This document shows, in pieces, positions 25,092-36,086 of a stretch of 64,000 nt of DNA. The notes under the pieces were generated by a model. That model was not told the DNA's origin and searched no databases. It was given only the letters and a program-made list of their open reading frames with translations. The translations under genes and the position numbers were made by a program. This DNA comes from TPA_inf: Saccharomyces (taxonomy: Eukaryota), in the NCBI GenBank assembly GCA_000146045.2, contig BK006938.2:1120001-1184000 (forward strand). Direction: 5' to 3'. How positions within the stretch are numbered: position 1 is the stretch's first letter; every line of letters starts with the position of its first letter.

Positions 25092-26036
25092 ATGGAACAA
25101 CTGTGTAAGAGGTACGTGCATACACCGGCGGCTTTTATACAAAACATTGTTGCTAACACTAAAAGAACAACGCTAGCCACGCAATTATCTGTTGAAAAAG
25201 CTAAAAAAAAAGTTCCCAAGACAGCTCTTAAAAAGAAACTTAATAGTAGGCCAAAAGAAAGGCTTCCGAATTGGCTAAAACTAAACGATGTTTTTAACAT
25301 ACATTACGAAAAGCCATCTAACTCTGATATAAATAAGGTTAACAGATTCTTCAACAAGGCTAAAGTGGAATTTGAATGGTGTGCAGCTAGTTTTGATGAC
25401 ATACCAGAAAATCCCTTCCTGAATAAGAAATCTCATAAGGACATATTGAAAGATCATGGGGAATGTGGAACTACATTGATTGATACTTTGCCAGAAGTCA
25501 TCTTTCTCGGAGGAACTAATGTGGGGAAGTCCTCTATCTTGAACAACATAACCACCTCGCATGTAAGCAGAGATTTAGGAAGTTTGGCAAGAGTGTCTAA
25601 AACAACAGGATTCACAAAAACTCTCAACTGTTATAATGTGGGAAATAGACTCAGAATGATCGATTCGCCTGGTTATGGCTTTAATAGTAGTAAAGAGCAA
25701 GGAAAAGTCACTTTGCAGTACCTCCTGGAGAGGAAACAACTTGTCAGATGCTTTCTCTTACTCGCTGGAGATAAGGAGATAAATAACACAGATAATATGA
25801 TCATTCAATACATTCATGAACACGGAGTTCCTTTTGAAGTTGTTTTTACGAAAATGGACAAGGTTAAAGATTTAAATAAGTTTAAGAAGAAGGTTATGAG
25901 TTCAGGGTTAATGGACTTACCAACTCTACCCAGACTTGTATTGACTAACTCGCTTACGTCCAGTACATCTCCTAAACGGTTCGGTATAGATCTTCTAAGA
26001 TATGTAATATTTCAAAGCTGTGGTTTGATTTTATGA
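25092..26036 (+). CDS. MRX8: Mrx8, a mitochondrial EngB/YihA-type GTPase. Length 314 aa.
   Basis: The first ATG is at 25092 (the track used TTG 25086). G1 motif GGTNVGKSS, G3 DSPGYG and G4 TKMDK. 314 aa. Confidence 0.75.
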   Translation: MEQLCKRYVHTPAAFIQNIVANTKRTTLATQLSVEKAKKKVPKTALKKKLNSRPKERLPNWLKLNDVFNIHYEKPSNSDINKVNRFFNKAKVEFEWCAASFDDIPENPFLNKKSHKDILKDHGECGTTLIDTLPEVIFLGGTNVGKSSILNNITTSHVSRDLGSLARVSKTTGFTKTLNCYNVGNRLRMIDSPGYGFNSSKEQGKVTLQYLLERKQLVRCFLLLAGDKEINNTDNMIIQYIHEHGVPFEVVFTKMDKVKDLNKFKKKVMSSGLMDLPTLPRLVLTNSLTSSTSPKRFGIDLLRYVIFQSCGLIL

Positions 26037-26312
26037 TCACAATATGTATCTATATATTGCTGATTGCATTTCAGCTTTTAACGAAAGTCCGCTATGCAAA
26101 ACAGGTAACATAGCTGTAATACGTGAGCTCAACCAGCTTTGTTTGATCTTTTCTTATTTCGCCGTTCCACGGTTTTCCGTGATAGAGCAAGCAATATTGA
26201 TTTGAAAAGAAAAATGAAAAGCGGTCAAGGTTAAAAACTTGCAATAAGGGTATTTAGCACTAGGTAGTCGCAGGTAAGCCTCTTAACACCACATTCAGGT
26301 ATTTGAAGATAA

Positions 26313-27179
<867 letters not shown>

Positions 27180-27378
27180 AATAATTTGAATCATATGTAG
27201 AAAAGCTTGTAAATAAGAAACCGTCATATTCTTTTTTTTTTTTTGACCGCGTATGAATCAGTAATTTATTTCATTTTGAATTACATCATTATAAAAAGTT
27301 CTTAGTAATATATGCATTGGGTATACAATCACGTGTACTATCAAATAAAGAAATGAAAATACGGATATACCTCTGTAA

Positions 27379-29466
27379 TTAAGCCCCTAAGAGGGCTGTG
27401 TTTTCATCAGGATCGTCTGAGTCTGTTAAATACTCATCGCTATCTACTTCATCATCTTCGGTTTCTTTCAAAATCTCAGCATAGGTCATAATTTTGTCCC
27501 AATCGGGAAATAATACGTAATAAGCCTCAACTAGCCCAATTAAAAGCATGGCACTTCCAATACCAATCCAAAGACCATACAATTTCATGTCAAAGAACCA
27601 ACTTAGGATGAGAGCCAGGGGAATTCCAAATAGATAGTAAGCCATTAAATTTACTATACTTCCTAGAGATTGCATGCCTTGACCCCTGAGGCAAGACCCA
27701 GCAACGGCATTAAGCGAGTCGAAATTTTGCACAATACCCACCAAGGGCAATACTTGCGCAATTAATTTGATGACTTCGGGATCTTTTGAGTAAATGTTGG
27801 CGATTAGATTACGTCCAAATACTAGTATGCAGCAATTGATGAACCCCGCAATAAACGAAAATGACAACCCAACTTGAGAAGAGATGTGCGCGAAATCGGT
27901 TCTTTTTGCACCAATGAAGTTCGCAATTCTCGTAGAGGTAGATATACCTATTGCAAATGGGATCATATAGAGCAATGCAGCCATAGTAGATACTGCCGAC
28001 TGAGCTGCTAGATAACTGACACCGTAATATGCACTAAATAACGTCAATAGTTCATATGACAGCTCTTCCGCCTCCAACATAATAATACCTGAGAAGGCTA
28101 AATGCCCTAAATCATTCCAATGGGTGAAAGCCTTCCTTGAGAATCCACCCCAGCATTTTCTTCCATCAATATACAATGCATAAAACAATAGTAAGAAAAA
28201 CATTAGCCAGAAGTTAAGCACAACGGCAATTGCAGCCCCAATAAATCCAACACCAATGTACTTGTTCCAAACGAGAGTGTAACTGACTAATACGTTTAAG
28301 GGAGCACATATTGTCAAAACGTAGATGCCTGCATCGAAAATACCTTGGGCTTGTAAAAATCGTTTTAAATTTTCAAAAAAAATATACGCTGGCGCTCCCA
28401 ATATTAGTACTCTTAAAAATCGTGACGTTAGGTTGATTAATTCTTTCTCAGGGATGATATAAGAAAGAAGAGGTTCAGAATACCACCACATGACAGCAAA
28501 AGGTATATATATGACCAATGAAAAAGCAATGCAACGTTGAAGGTGAACTCCTACACTGTAGAATCTCCCAGAGCCATACGCTTGAGGGCATAGAGTATCT
28601 AGACTAGTGGCAATACCCTCGAATATCGCTAGTGTTATATTAGAAGTCATGGATGCTAAGGACACAGCTGCTAGTTCATTTTTGCCTAAGTGGCCCACAG
28701 TTAATGAACATACCATAGGGAAAATCTGTTCCAATAAGAATGTGAAAATTAGAGGGAAGGAATAAGATGCCAAAACTCTTGCTTCTGATTTGAAGGTGAC
28801 GTGGCTGTGAGCCAATTCTGCTAGTGCCTCAGAATCGTTCTCGTCGATCTCTTGGTAAATTGTGGGAACTGAGCCTCGGCTAGTCACAGATACGAATGAT
28901 GGTCTTCTGTGATGTGAGGTGCCTTTAGCGTCTGTTACCGCACTTCGAGTTAATTTCTGTTTCTGAGCTTGGAGTCTATTCATAAATTCGTCATATTCTA
29001 GTTCTCTTCCAGAATATTCTTGTATTCTATCTGGTGTGTTGCTTTGACTTGCTTCCTCATTATCAGAGTTGCATACCGATGAGTATCGTCGTTCATGTTC
29101 ATGTAGAATCCAATCAACATCTTGTGGCGAAAGCTCAGGAGTTTCTGATACCCTTGATGGTAGAGAAATCGTTCTGCTCAGTTCGCCATCTTCTTCATCA
29201 TGATAGTAAAGGTCAGGTTCCTCATCAATATTACCTAAGTACGGATTTGGTTCATGGACGTTACTTCCAAAATCATCTGTTAAAGATCTGAAACTCCTCT
29301 GATCAATATTTCTCGTTCTTGCACGAAATTTTCGTACCAGAGGATTCTTCTTGTTGGGAGGTAGGAAGCCTAGCGATATCCTCCTGTGAGTGTTACCGAT
29401 ACCCATACCATTTGTTCGGAGGGAAGGATGCACTTCTGAAAGAGTCTTTGACAAAATTCCAGCCAT
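27379..29466 (-). CDS. YDR338C: A MATE-family multidrug and toxin efflux transporter. Length 695 aa.
   Basis: 695 aa. A hydrophilic N-terminal ~230 aa is followed by about 12 TM helices with the MatE signature. Position and length match YDR338C. Confidence 0.8.
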   Translation of the reverse strand: MAGILSKTLSEVHPSLRTNGMGIGNTHRRISLGFLPPNKKNPLVRKFRARTRNIDQRSFRSLTDDFGSNVHEPNPYLGNIDEEPDLYYHDEEDGELSRTISLPSRVSETPELSPQDVDWILHEHERRYSSVCNSDNEEASQSNTPDRIQEYSGRELEYDEFMNRLQAQKQKLTRSAVTDAKGTSHHRRPSFVSVTSRGSVPTIYQEIDENDSEALAELAHSHVTFKSEARVLASYSFPLIFTFLLEQIFPMVCSLTVGHLGKNELAAVSLASMTSNITLAIFEGIATSLDTLCPQAYGSGRFYSVGVHLQRCIAFSLVIYIPFAVMWWYSEPLLSYIIPEKELINLTSRFLRVLILGAPAYIFFENLKRFLQAQGIFDAGIYVLTICAPLNVLVSYTLVWNKYIGVGFIGAAIAVVLNFWLMFFLLLFYALYIDGRKCWGGFSRKAFTHWNDLGHLAFSGIIMLEAEELSYELLTLFSAYYGVSYLAAQSAVSTMAALLYMIPFAIGISTSTRIANFIGAKRTDFAHISSQVGLSFSFIAGFINCCILVFGRNLIANIYSKDPEVIKLIAQVLPLVGIVQNFDSLNAVAGSCLRGQGMQSLGSIVNLMAYYLFGIPLALILSWFFDMKLYGLWIGIGSAMLLIGLVEAYYVLFPDWDKIMTYAEILKETEDDEVDSDEYLTDSDDPDENTALLGA

Positions 29467-29950
29467 TTTTTCAACCTTTTTTTTATCCGTATATATTAAG
29501 GTATGCTATATGTGTATTTTCCAATGTTTAGTTTTTATAATAATACTTCTTCAGCATCAAATATGCTTGCTTATGTAAAAATACAATCAAGTTTTGTCCC
29601 TTGCTTGCGCGAAGATGAAAACTTCCTTAAGAAATATTCTGCATCGCGTGGAACCCATGGAAGAGGATAATAGCTGACAGTGATATTATGAAAAGATGCC
29701 AAATGGTTACCGTTTATAACTGTTACTGGTCGCGTCTCAAACGCCCTCTTTTTTCTCCTTGCATTTGCGTTTCTTTAGAGCAATTATTGAGTAAATGGTC
29801 TTGAAAAGAAATAGAAATATCCTTAGGCATTTCAGTTCATCTGAAAACATGCTCCAATACGGGCAAACCATGAACTTGTTGTTATGAAATTAATATACAT
29901 ATAAACCAAAAACATTGCACTACATACTTAAAGAGTGAATACACAGTAGT

Positions 29951-30520
29951 TTAAAAGACATCTGGCAATTTTTCAATGACGTATGCGTGACCGCCTACGC
30001 TCATCAAAGGAATTCCAGGGATTTTTCTAATTCTTTGTTTCAGGCCGGCATCGTTTGTAGCTACGATGTAACACTTATGTTGTAAGACTCGATGCACTAA
30101 ACAGTCATCCGCGTACGTACCCTTGTGCGAACAGCTTAGTCTCTTTATTCTAGGATCTCGAGCCAGTTTCAAGGCGATACGGTACTTGGGGCCCAATTTT
30201 TCTAACTCTGCCATCACACAATCTGTGATTAACGGGTTACATTTTGCGAGTAGACAGTCCATCATTCCTCTAACAATATCGACTTTTTTCTGGATAGAAA
30301 AATTTATAAAATTGGTATCTATCAGTACTTGATAAGGTGGCTTTATAGCTTGATTGTATTGAAAGAAAAGTGCACTTGATACTTGTGGTATATTCCTGGT
30401 TAGCTCAGGGTCTTCTTTAGTTTTGATATTTTCCTGGTTTTTCTTCAATCTTTGGTCTTTCTTGGTGTTCAAAGTTCTTTTTACGAGGCCAAACTTTCTT
30501 GTTTTCTTAGCTTTACCCAT
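29951..30520 (-). CDS. FCF1: Fcf1, a PIN-domain nuclease of the SSU processome. Length 189 aa.
   Basis: The track ORF (203 aa) is extended upstream. The ATG at 30520 gives MGKAKKTRKFGLVKRT... and 189 aa. PIN-domain acidic residues are present (VLIDTNF...). Confidence 0.85.
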   Translation of the reverse strand: MGKAKKTRKFGLVKRTLNTKKDQRLKKNQENIKTKEDPELTRNIPQVSSALFFQYNQAIKPPYQVLIDTNFINFSIQKKVDIVRGMMDCLLAKCNPLITDCVMAELEKLGPKYRIALKLARDPRIKRLSCSHKGTYADDCLVHRVLQHKCYIVATNDAGLKQRIRKIPGIPLMSVGGHAYVIEKLPDVF

Positions 30521-30828
30521 AATTAACTGTTGTAGTATATCGATATTTCCGTTACAAGTCACTGTTATTGTGTGTTAATGCACAGTAATGTTTAAAGAGG
30601 CATCATTCAAGAATAGTAGCAAGCTGAAAAATTTTAGCCGTTCATAATGATACCTTTAGAAATATGCCAAATTTTTTTGTTATATCTTCCAGTAGGAACC
30701 GATAGTTTGAGTAATGTTTATAAAATCATTGCAAGTGAATAAGCAATTAATGGCAATAGTCCACAAACGATAGGTACATGAAGGTGGCTCACAATCAAAA
30801 AAATCAAGCTTTAAAATAGTGGATGTAG

Positions 30829-30834
30829 AAAAAA
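30829..30834 (-). terminator. Pol III terminator: a T6 run on the minus strand, 8 nt downstream of the 3' end of tRNA-Ser.
   Basis: Plus-strand AAAAAA at 30829-30834 directly 3' of the tRNA on its coding strand. Confidence 0.6.
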
Positions 30835-30841
30835 TAAAGTG

Positions 30842-30941
30842 CGTCACAGACAGGATTCGAACCTGCGCAGGTAAAACCCAATGCCTAATTGCTTTTCTGA
30901 GGAAATAGCAGGCATCGCCTTAACCACTCGGCCACTGGGAC
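30842..30941 (-). tRNA. tS(GCU)D: tRNA-Ser, anticodon GCU (loop CUGCUA), class II with a long variable arm. It carries an intron of about 19 nt 3' of position 37, at roughly 30887-30905.
   Basis: Minus-strand sequence GTCCCAGTGGCCGAGTGGTTAAGGCGATGCCTGCTA[TTTCCTCAGAAAAGCAATT]AGGCATTGGGTTTTACCTGCGCAGGTTCGAATCCTGTCTGTGACG. The D-arm GCCGAGTGGTTAAGGC and T-arm GCAGGTTCGAATCCTGT are canonical for Ser. The intron pairs with the anticodon. Confidence 0.85.
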
Positions 30942-31038
30942 TGAAACACTTTGAAGTGAAAGTGTTTCTAGTTTTCTATATCATTACTATGGTGAAAATC
31001 TATATTTTCTTGATTAGGAATAAAATCATGGAAAGAAG

Positions 31039-31368
31039 TGTTGGAATAAAAATTCACTATCGTCTGTCAACTAATAGTTATAGTATCAATATACTATCAT
31101 ATACGGTGTTAGATTATGACATAAGTTATGAGAAGCTGTCATCGAAGTTAGGGGAAGCTGAAGTGCAAGGATTGATAATGTAATAGGATAATGAAACATA
31201 TAAAACGGAATGAGGAATAATCGTAATATTAGTGTATAGAAATATAGATTCCATTTTGGGATTCCTATATCCTCGAGGAGAATTTCTAGTATATTCTGTA
31301 TACCTAATATTATAGCCTTTATCGACAATGGAATCCCAACAATTATCTCAAAATTCACCCAATTCTCA
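31039..31368 (+). mobile_element. Solo delta LTR of Ty1/Ty2, about 330 bp, in plus orientation. It begins TGTTGGAATA and ends TCTCA.
   Basis: Near full-length match to the canonical delta, including ...TATTATCATATACGGTGTTAG..., GGATTGATAATGTAATAGGATAATG and the AATGGAATCCCAACAATTATCTCAAAATTCACC terminus. It lies about 100 bp upstream of the 5' end of tRNA-Ser, a typical Ty1 target. Confidence 0.85.
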
Positions 31369-31369
31369 A

Positions 31370-31440
31370 TTTGATAATTGTTGGGATTCCATTGTAAAGA
31401 AAATCGGTATTTCTACATTATAATATTACGATTATTTCTC
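31370..31440 (-). mobile_element. Inverted, internally deleted delta LTR fragment that abuts the 3' end of the full delta tail-to-tail.
   Basis: The reverse complement reads GAGAAATAATCGTAATATTATAATGTAGAAATACCGATTTTCTTTACAATGGAATCCCAACAATTATC, which matches the delta internal and terminal regions. Together with the adjacent LTR it forms a ~68-bp palindrome at 31327-31394. Confidence 0.65.
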
Positions 31441-31802
31441 CTTTTGTTTTTTATGGTTTTCATTACCCTATCACATTATCAATCTTTATATTTCAGATTC
31501 CATTAAATTTGATAACTTGGTTGATAGATGACAGTTAATTCTTTTTCCAATAGAAACAACGAAGACTTTTTTCTTACTTTTTGTTGATGTTTTTCAAGTT
31601 CTGTTTGACCCGTATTTTTCTACGTTAAAATCGTGATTACTTTACGAATCTTGTTTTCTTATTTTTTTTCGATCTATTTAATGAAATGTGGACAATGGCC
31701 CCTAACAAAAAGATGGCAAGGATTGAAATAATCCGTTTATACAATTTATATCCAATTATAGAAATAAAACACATTTGAAGAATGGCTTGGTGGAAAAGTT
31801 TA

Positions 31803-33626
31803 TTACATTCTTTCTACGGGAGTTAAACCTAACAAGCGCATACCGTTGTATAAAACTTGTCTTGCAGCACCATATAGAGCCAGACGGGCAGTTGCTAATT
31901 CTTCAGTTTGACCAGCAACCCATAAGACGTCATAACAAGAAGAAACCTGGTGAGTCAATTTGAATAAATATGTGACCACGGTTGTTGGCTCGTGGGTTTT
32001 GATTGCATTTCTCAAAACATCGGGGTATTGGCCTAGCAGTCTAATCAACAGTTTTGCGGCAGGTTCTTTTAATAACGAAAAATCGGCATTTATCCATTTT
32101 TCTTGGGTGATACCAGAAGCATTTCTTTCAACTGATCTTAACCTTGAGTGAGCATATTGAAGGTATGGACCAGTGTCACCTTCGAATGAAAGCATTCTTT
32201 CCCATTTAAACTCGTAGTTGTTGATACGCTTACCTTGCATATCTTGAATCATGACGGCAGAGATACCAACTAAATCGGCAACTTCTTCTGGATGCTCAAT
32301 TTGCGCGTATTTGTTCTCATTCTTTTTCATAACTTCGTGCATTTTTTCCTTAGTTTCCTCCAAGATATTATCTAAGAAGACAACAGTACCTTTTCTTGTT
32401 GACATACCTTGGACCATACCAAAGTTGACATGCTGTAGATCTTTAGCCCACTCAAAGCCCATCTGCTTCAAAATTTCGAAGAATTGGGCAGCGTGCAAAT
32501 CTTGTTGAGAAGCGATAACGTAAATCATCTTGTCAAAATGATACTTTTCATAACGGTCCATAGCTGCACCAACGTCTCTAGTTAGATATAACGTAGTACC
32601 GTCCGATTTTTGAACAATAGCCTTTCCTAACTTTTTGTTAAATTTTGTCAAATCGATCAAAACTGCACCCTTATCCTCATGTGTTAAGCCCTTTTCCTTG
32701 AACAGGTCGATAGCTTTGAGCATGGATTCTTTAGAAACTTGAGATTCACCAGAGTAAACATCATATTTGATGTTCAAACGTGCATATGTGTCAATATATT
32801 TTTCAATAGAAAATTCACGGAATCTCTTCCAAATTTTTAAAGCTTCCTCGTCACCATCTTCCATTCTCTTGAAATATTCACGAGCTTTTCCATTGGTGGA
32901 TTGTTCTAATGGAATACTGTCACCTTCTTCCTCAATATCCTTGTTGATACGAACGTAAACATCGAACAGGTGGTGAATTGGATCCTTAACTAAAGCCTCT
33001 TCATTACCGTATCTTTCAAAACCAACAGCTAAAAGACCAAATTGTTTACCCCAGTCACCCAGGTAGTTCATTCTGATAACCTCCCAACCTAATTTTTCAT
33101 AAAGGTTGGCCAAAAAGCCACCAATAATAGTGGATCTTAAATGACCAGCATGAAATGGCTTGGCAATGTTGGGAGAGGAGAATTCAATAATAACTTTCTT
33201 GTTTTCAACCAATTTGCAAGAACCATAATCCTCCTTTCTGGTTAAGATATCTGGGATGACAAGTTTTGCTAAAAATTGAGGGTTGAAGAAAAACTGGATG
33301 AACGGGCCATTCGCTTCAACTTTCTCCAAGAAATCTCCACATGGAAATTTTTCAGCCCATTGGACTGCCAAATCCTTTGGATTGGCACCTTTGATTCTCA
33401 ATCTTGGGATAGGAATCAACAAATCGCCTCTCTCCATAGTATTTGTCCATTCTAATGCTGGAAAAATAAGAGACGAGTCTACGCCGGAAATCTTGCTTAA
33501 TTCTTGTGAAATGTAATTTCTCATCAAATCCACGATATTTACATCAGGATGAGAATCCTTGGCAACCGCAGGTTCCGCGATAGATAGTTTCTTTAGTTGA
33601 GAAATCATATTTGCTGTGCTAGCCAT
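31803..33626 (-). CDS. YDR341C: Cytoplasmic arginyl-tRNA synthetase (class I). Length 607 aa.
   Basis: The ATG at 33626 (MASTANMISQ...) gives 607 aa. The track ORF has a 19-aa upstream extension. HIGH-type motif PNIAKPFHAGHLRSTIIG. An ArgRS DALR anticodon-binding C-terminus ends ...ARLALYGAARQVLYNGMRLLGLTPVERM. Confidence 0.9.
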   Translation of the reverse strand: MASTANMISQLKKLSIAEPAVAKDSHPDVNIVDLMRNYISQELSKISGVDSSLIFPALEWTNTMERGDLLIPIPRLRIKGANPKDLAVQWAEKFPCGDFLEKVEANGPFIQFFFNPQFLAKLVIPDILTRKEDYGSCKLVENKKVIIEFSSPNIAKPFHAGHLRSTIIGGFLANLYEKLGWEVIRMNYLGDWGKQFGLLAVGFERYGNEEALVKDPIHHLFDVYVRINKDIEEEGDSIPLEQSTNGKAREYFKRMEDGDEEALKIWKRFREFSIEKYIDTYARLNIKYDVYSGESQVSKESMLKAIDLFKEKGLTHEDKGAVLIDLTKFNKKLGKAIVQKSDGTTLYLTRDVGAAMDRYEKYHFDKMIYVIASQQDLHAAQFFEILKQMGFEWAKDLQHVNFGMVQGMSTRKGTVVFLDNILEETKEKMHEVMKKNENKYAQIEHPEEVADLVGISAVMIQDMQGKRINNYEFKWERMLSFEGDTGPYLQYAHSRLRSVERNASGITQEKWINADFSLLKEPAAKLLIRLLGQYPDVLRNAIKTHEPTTVVTYLFKLTHQVSSCYDVLWVAGQTEELATARLALYGAARQVLYNGMRLLGLTPVERM

Positions 33627-34130
33627 TCTGTAGAAAAACGAGCTATTGCTTTTTCTTTGATTAACAGAATTTACAACACTCAAGAATTTATTTCGTAACC
33701 TTATAATATCCTCTCCATAGATGCATTGTGAAAATTGAAGCTAAAAATTTTTTTCGCTTCGCATCATGAAAGTAATTTTTCTTCTTTTAAGTGACGGGCG
33801 ATGAGTAAGAAAGAAATAACTGACTCATTAGACACTTTTTGAAGCGGGATACAGAAAAAGAAGATATTTCCCATTTCAAAAAGGCTCTACTATATCCTTA
33901 CCATTTACCAAACTAACCAAAATTTGTAGACGTGGGTCTGCAGGCAAAATTGGAATATTTGTGAATAACAGTGCGGTCGGTAAACAACTGACTTCTTCCC
34001 ACTTTGCATTTCTCTTTAAAGTTTCTTTGTCTCCGTCCCACTCAACTTTCTGAGAACAAATGATCAAAAACTTGAAAATTAAACTGTATTATTTTGTATA
34101 TATTAAAAACGTATTTACTTTTCAAGATAT

Positions 34131-36027
34131 CATTAAAAATATAAAATTAGAATTAGAGTACATTTCAAATGCACAAATTAGAGCGTGATCATGAATTAAT
34201 AAAAGTGTTCGCAAATTATTTGGTGCTGAACATTCTCTTGTACAATGGCTTGTCATCGTGAGTCATTTCTTCAGCGTCGTAGTTGGCACCTCTTCTGGAT
34301 GGTGGAACCCATGAGGCAGACTTCCATGGTAGAACACCTTCTTCCCACATGGTGTTGACTTCTTCCAAAGTCAAACCCTTAGTTTCTGGAACAACTAACA
34401 AAACATAGAAGAACATGAAGACCAAACAGCCCATGAAAACGTAACCGTAGTAGAAGTTAATAGCACCAGTAATAAATGGAGTGAAGAAACCAATCAAGAA
34501 ACCCCACAACCAATTAGCAGCTGTAGCAATAGACATAGCCTTAGACTTGACTCTCAATGGGAAAGTTTCAGAAACAACGACATAAGGAATTGGAGCCCAT
34601 GTAGTAGCAAAACAGAAAATATAGAAACAGGCAAAGACAATCATACAGTTACCAGCACCCTTGGAAGATGGTTGGTCTTGACCATTTGGCCATAATCTGG
34701 TGACACCCACGGAAGCATAGACAACCATACAAGCAGTCATGGATGCAGCACCCCATAGCAAACAAGTACGACGACCATATCTCTCAACAACGTAAATACC
34801 AACAAAGGTGGAAGCAAAGTTAACAATACCCAAGACAATAGAGGTTTCGAAAGAGTCACTCAAACCAACAGCCTTGAAAATAGTAGTACCATAGTAGAAG
34901 AAATAGTTATCACCTGTCAATTGTTGTAGAGATTGAATCATAGCACCCATGATCAAACGCTGAAGGACCTTTGTCTTGCTACTAAACAATTCACCCCAGG
35001 ATGCATTACCAGCTAATTTCTCTGCCTCTACACCAGCCAAGACAGCTTCGACTTCAGCCAAAACAGATGGATCATCAACAGCAACCTTGTTAGAAACGGC
35101 AATAGAACGTTTGGCTTCTTCGATCTTACCGACTTCAGCCAAATAACGTGGAGACTCTGGAACAAATGTCATACCACCAATCATAAACAAAGCCCAGGCA
35201 AAACACAAACCTAATGGAACTCTCCATTGCACAGAGTTGGAGTAGTTCTTAGTACCGAAGTTGGTACAGTAACCCAAGAAAATACCGGCAGTAATCATCA
35301 ATTGGTAGCAAGAGACTAAAGTACCCCTTAAATGCTTTGGGGATACTTCAGAAATCAACATAGGAGATAAAACGGCAATACCACCAACACCCAAACCGGA
35401 AATAATTCTACCGATGAAATATTGGTACCATTTGTTGATAGATGCAATTTGAATAATAATACCGATGATGTAGATGACAACAACGACAATCAAACCCACC
35501 TTACGACCGTACATATCACCCAATTTGGAAAGAATAATACCACCAATGGCACAACCAATGTTGAAAATGGAGACAATCAAACCAGTTCTAACCTTAGACA
35601 AATAATTAGTACCATCTTTATGCTTCATACCAAATCTTCTGATGAAATCGGTTTGATTGATGAAACCAGAAATGGTACCAGTATCCCAACCGAAAACGAA
35701 ACCACCAAAGGCGATCATGATACACATAATAGAGACAGTGACATAGGCAGAAGCTGGTCTCTTTGGAATTTCAACGACAGGTTCGTGCTCTTCACCTTCA
35801 CCATAAGCTTTTATTTCATCTCTTTCAGCCTTGTTTGATGGTGTAGATAAAACCGAGTGGGAGGCTGAGTCAACAGCAGAGAGATGCTCCACAGGAGTTT
35901 GCTCTGCAATAGCAGCGTCTTGTGACATTTTTTGATTAAAATTAAAAAAACTTTTTGTTTTTGTGTTTATTCTTTGTTCTTAGAAAAGACAAGTTGAGCT
36001 TGTTTGTTCTTGATGTTTTATTATTTT
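34131..36027. repeat. Tandem duplication unit 1, about 1.9 kb. It holds the HXT7 CDS with about 85 bp of 3' flank and about 100 bp of 5' flank.
   Basis: Near-identical to 39523-41419 at a constant offset of 5,392 bp. Identity is lost on both sides at the stated boundaries. Confidence 0.85.
34216..35928 (-). CDS. HXT7: Hxt7, a high-affinity hexose transporter (MFS sugar porter). Length 570 aa.
   Basis: 570 aa with 12 TM helices and the sugar-porter signatures (GRR, PESPRYL, PETKG). It is the first (centromere-proximal) copy of two near-identical tandem genes. Its C-terminus is ...[18 protein letters not shown]. Confidence 0.9.
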   Translation of the reverse strand: MSQDAAIAEQTPVEHLSAVDSASHSVLSTPSNKAERDEIKAYGEGEEHEPVVEIPKRPASAYVTVSIMCIMIAFGGFVFGWDTGTISGFINQTDFIRRFGMKHKDGTNYLSKVRTGLIVSIFNIGCAIGGIILSKLGDMYGRKVGLIVVVVIYIIGIIIQIASINKWYQYFIGRIISGLGVGGIAVLSPMLISEVSPKHLRGTLVSCYQLMITAGIFLGYCTNFGTKNYSNSVQWRVPLGLCFAWALFMIGGMTFVPESPRYLAEVGKIEEAKRSIAVSNKVAVDDPSVLAEVEAVLAGVEAEKLAGNASWGELFSSKTKVLQRLIMGAMIQSLQQLTGDNYFFYYGTTIFKAVGLSDSFETSIVLGIVNFASTFVGIYVVERYGRRTCLLWGAASMTACMVVYASVGVTRLWPNGQDQPSSKGAGNCMIVFACFYIFCFATTWAPIPYVVVSETFPLRVKSKAMSIATAANWLWGFLIGFFTPFITGAINFYYGYVFMGCLVFMFFYVLLVVPETKGLTLEEVNTMWEEGVLPWKSASWVPPSRRGANYDAEEMTHDDKPLYKRMFSTK

Positions 36028-36078
36028 ACAATAGCTGCAAATGAAGAATAGATTCGAACATTGTGAAGTATTGGCATA

Positions 36079-36086
36079 TATCGTCT
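36079..36086 (-). promoter_or_regulatory. Candidate TATA box (TATAAATA on the minus strand), about 150 bp upstream of the HXT7 ATG.
   Basis: Plus strand has CTCTATTTATAC. The element lies outside the duplicated unit. Confidence 0.35.

Noticed and set aside
31086-31358. 90-aa minus-strand ORF, together with 30881-31183 (plus strand), lying inside the delta LTR.
   Set aside because: Both lie wholly within LTR and tRNA-flank sequence. Solo LTRs commonly yield spurious ORFs.
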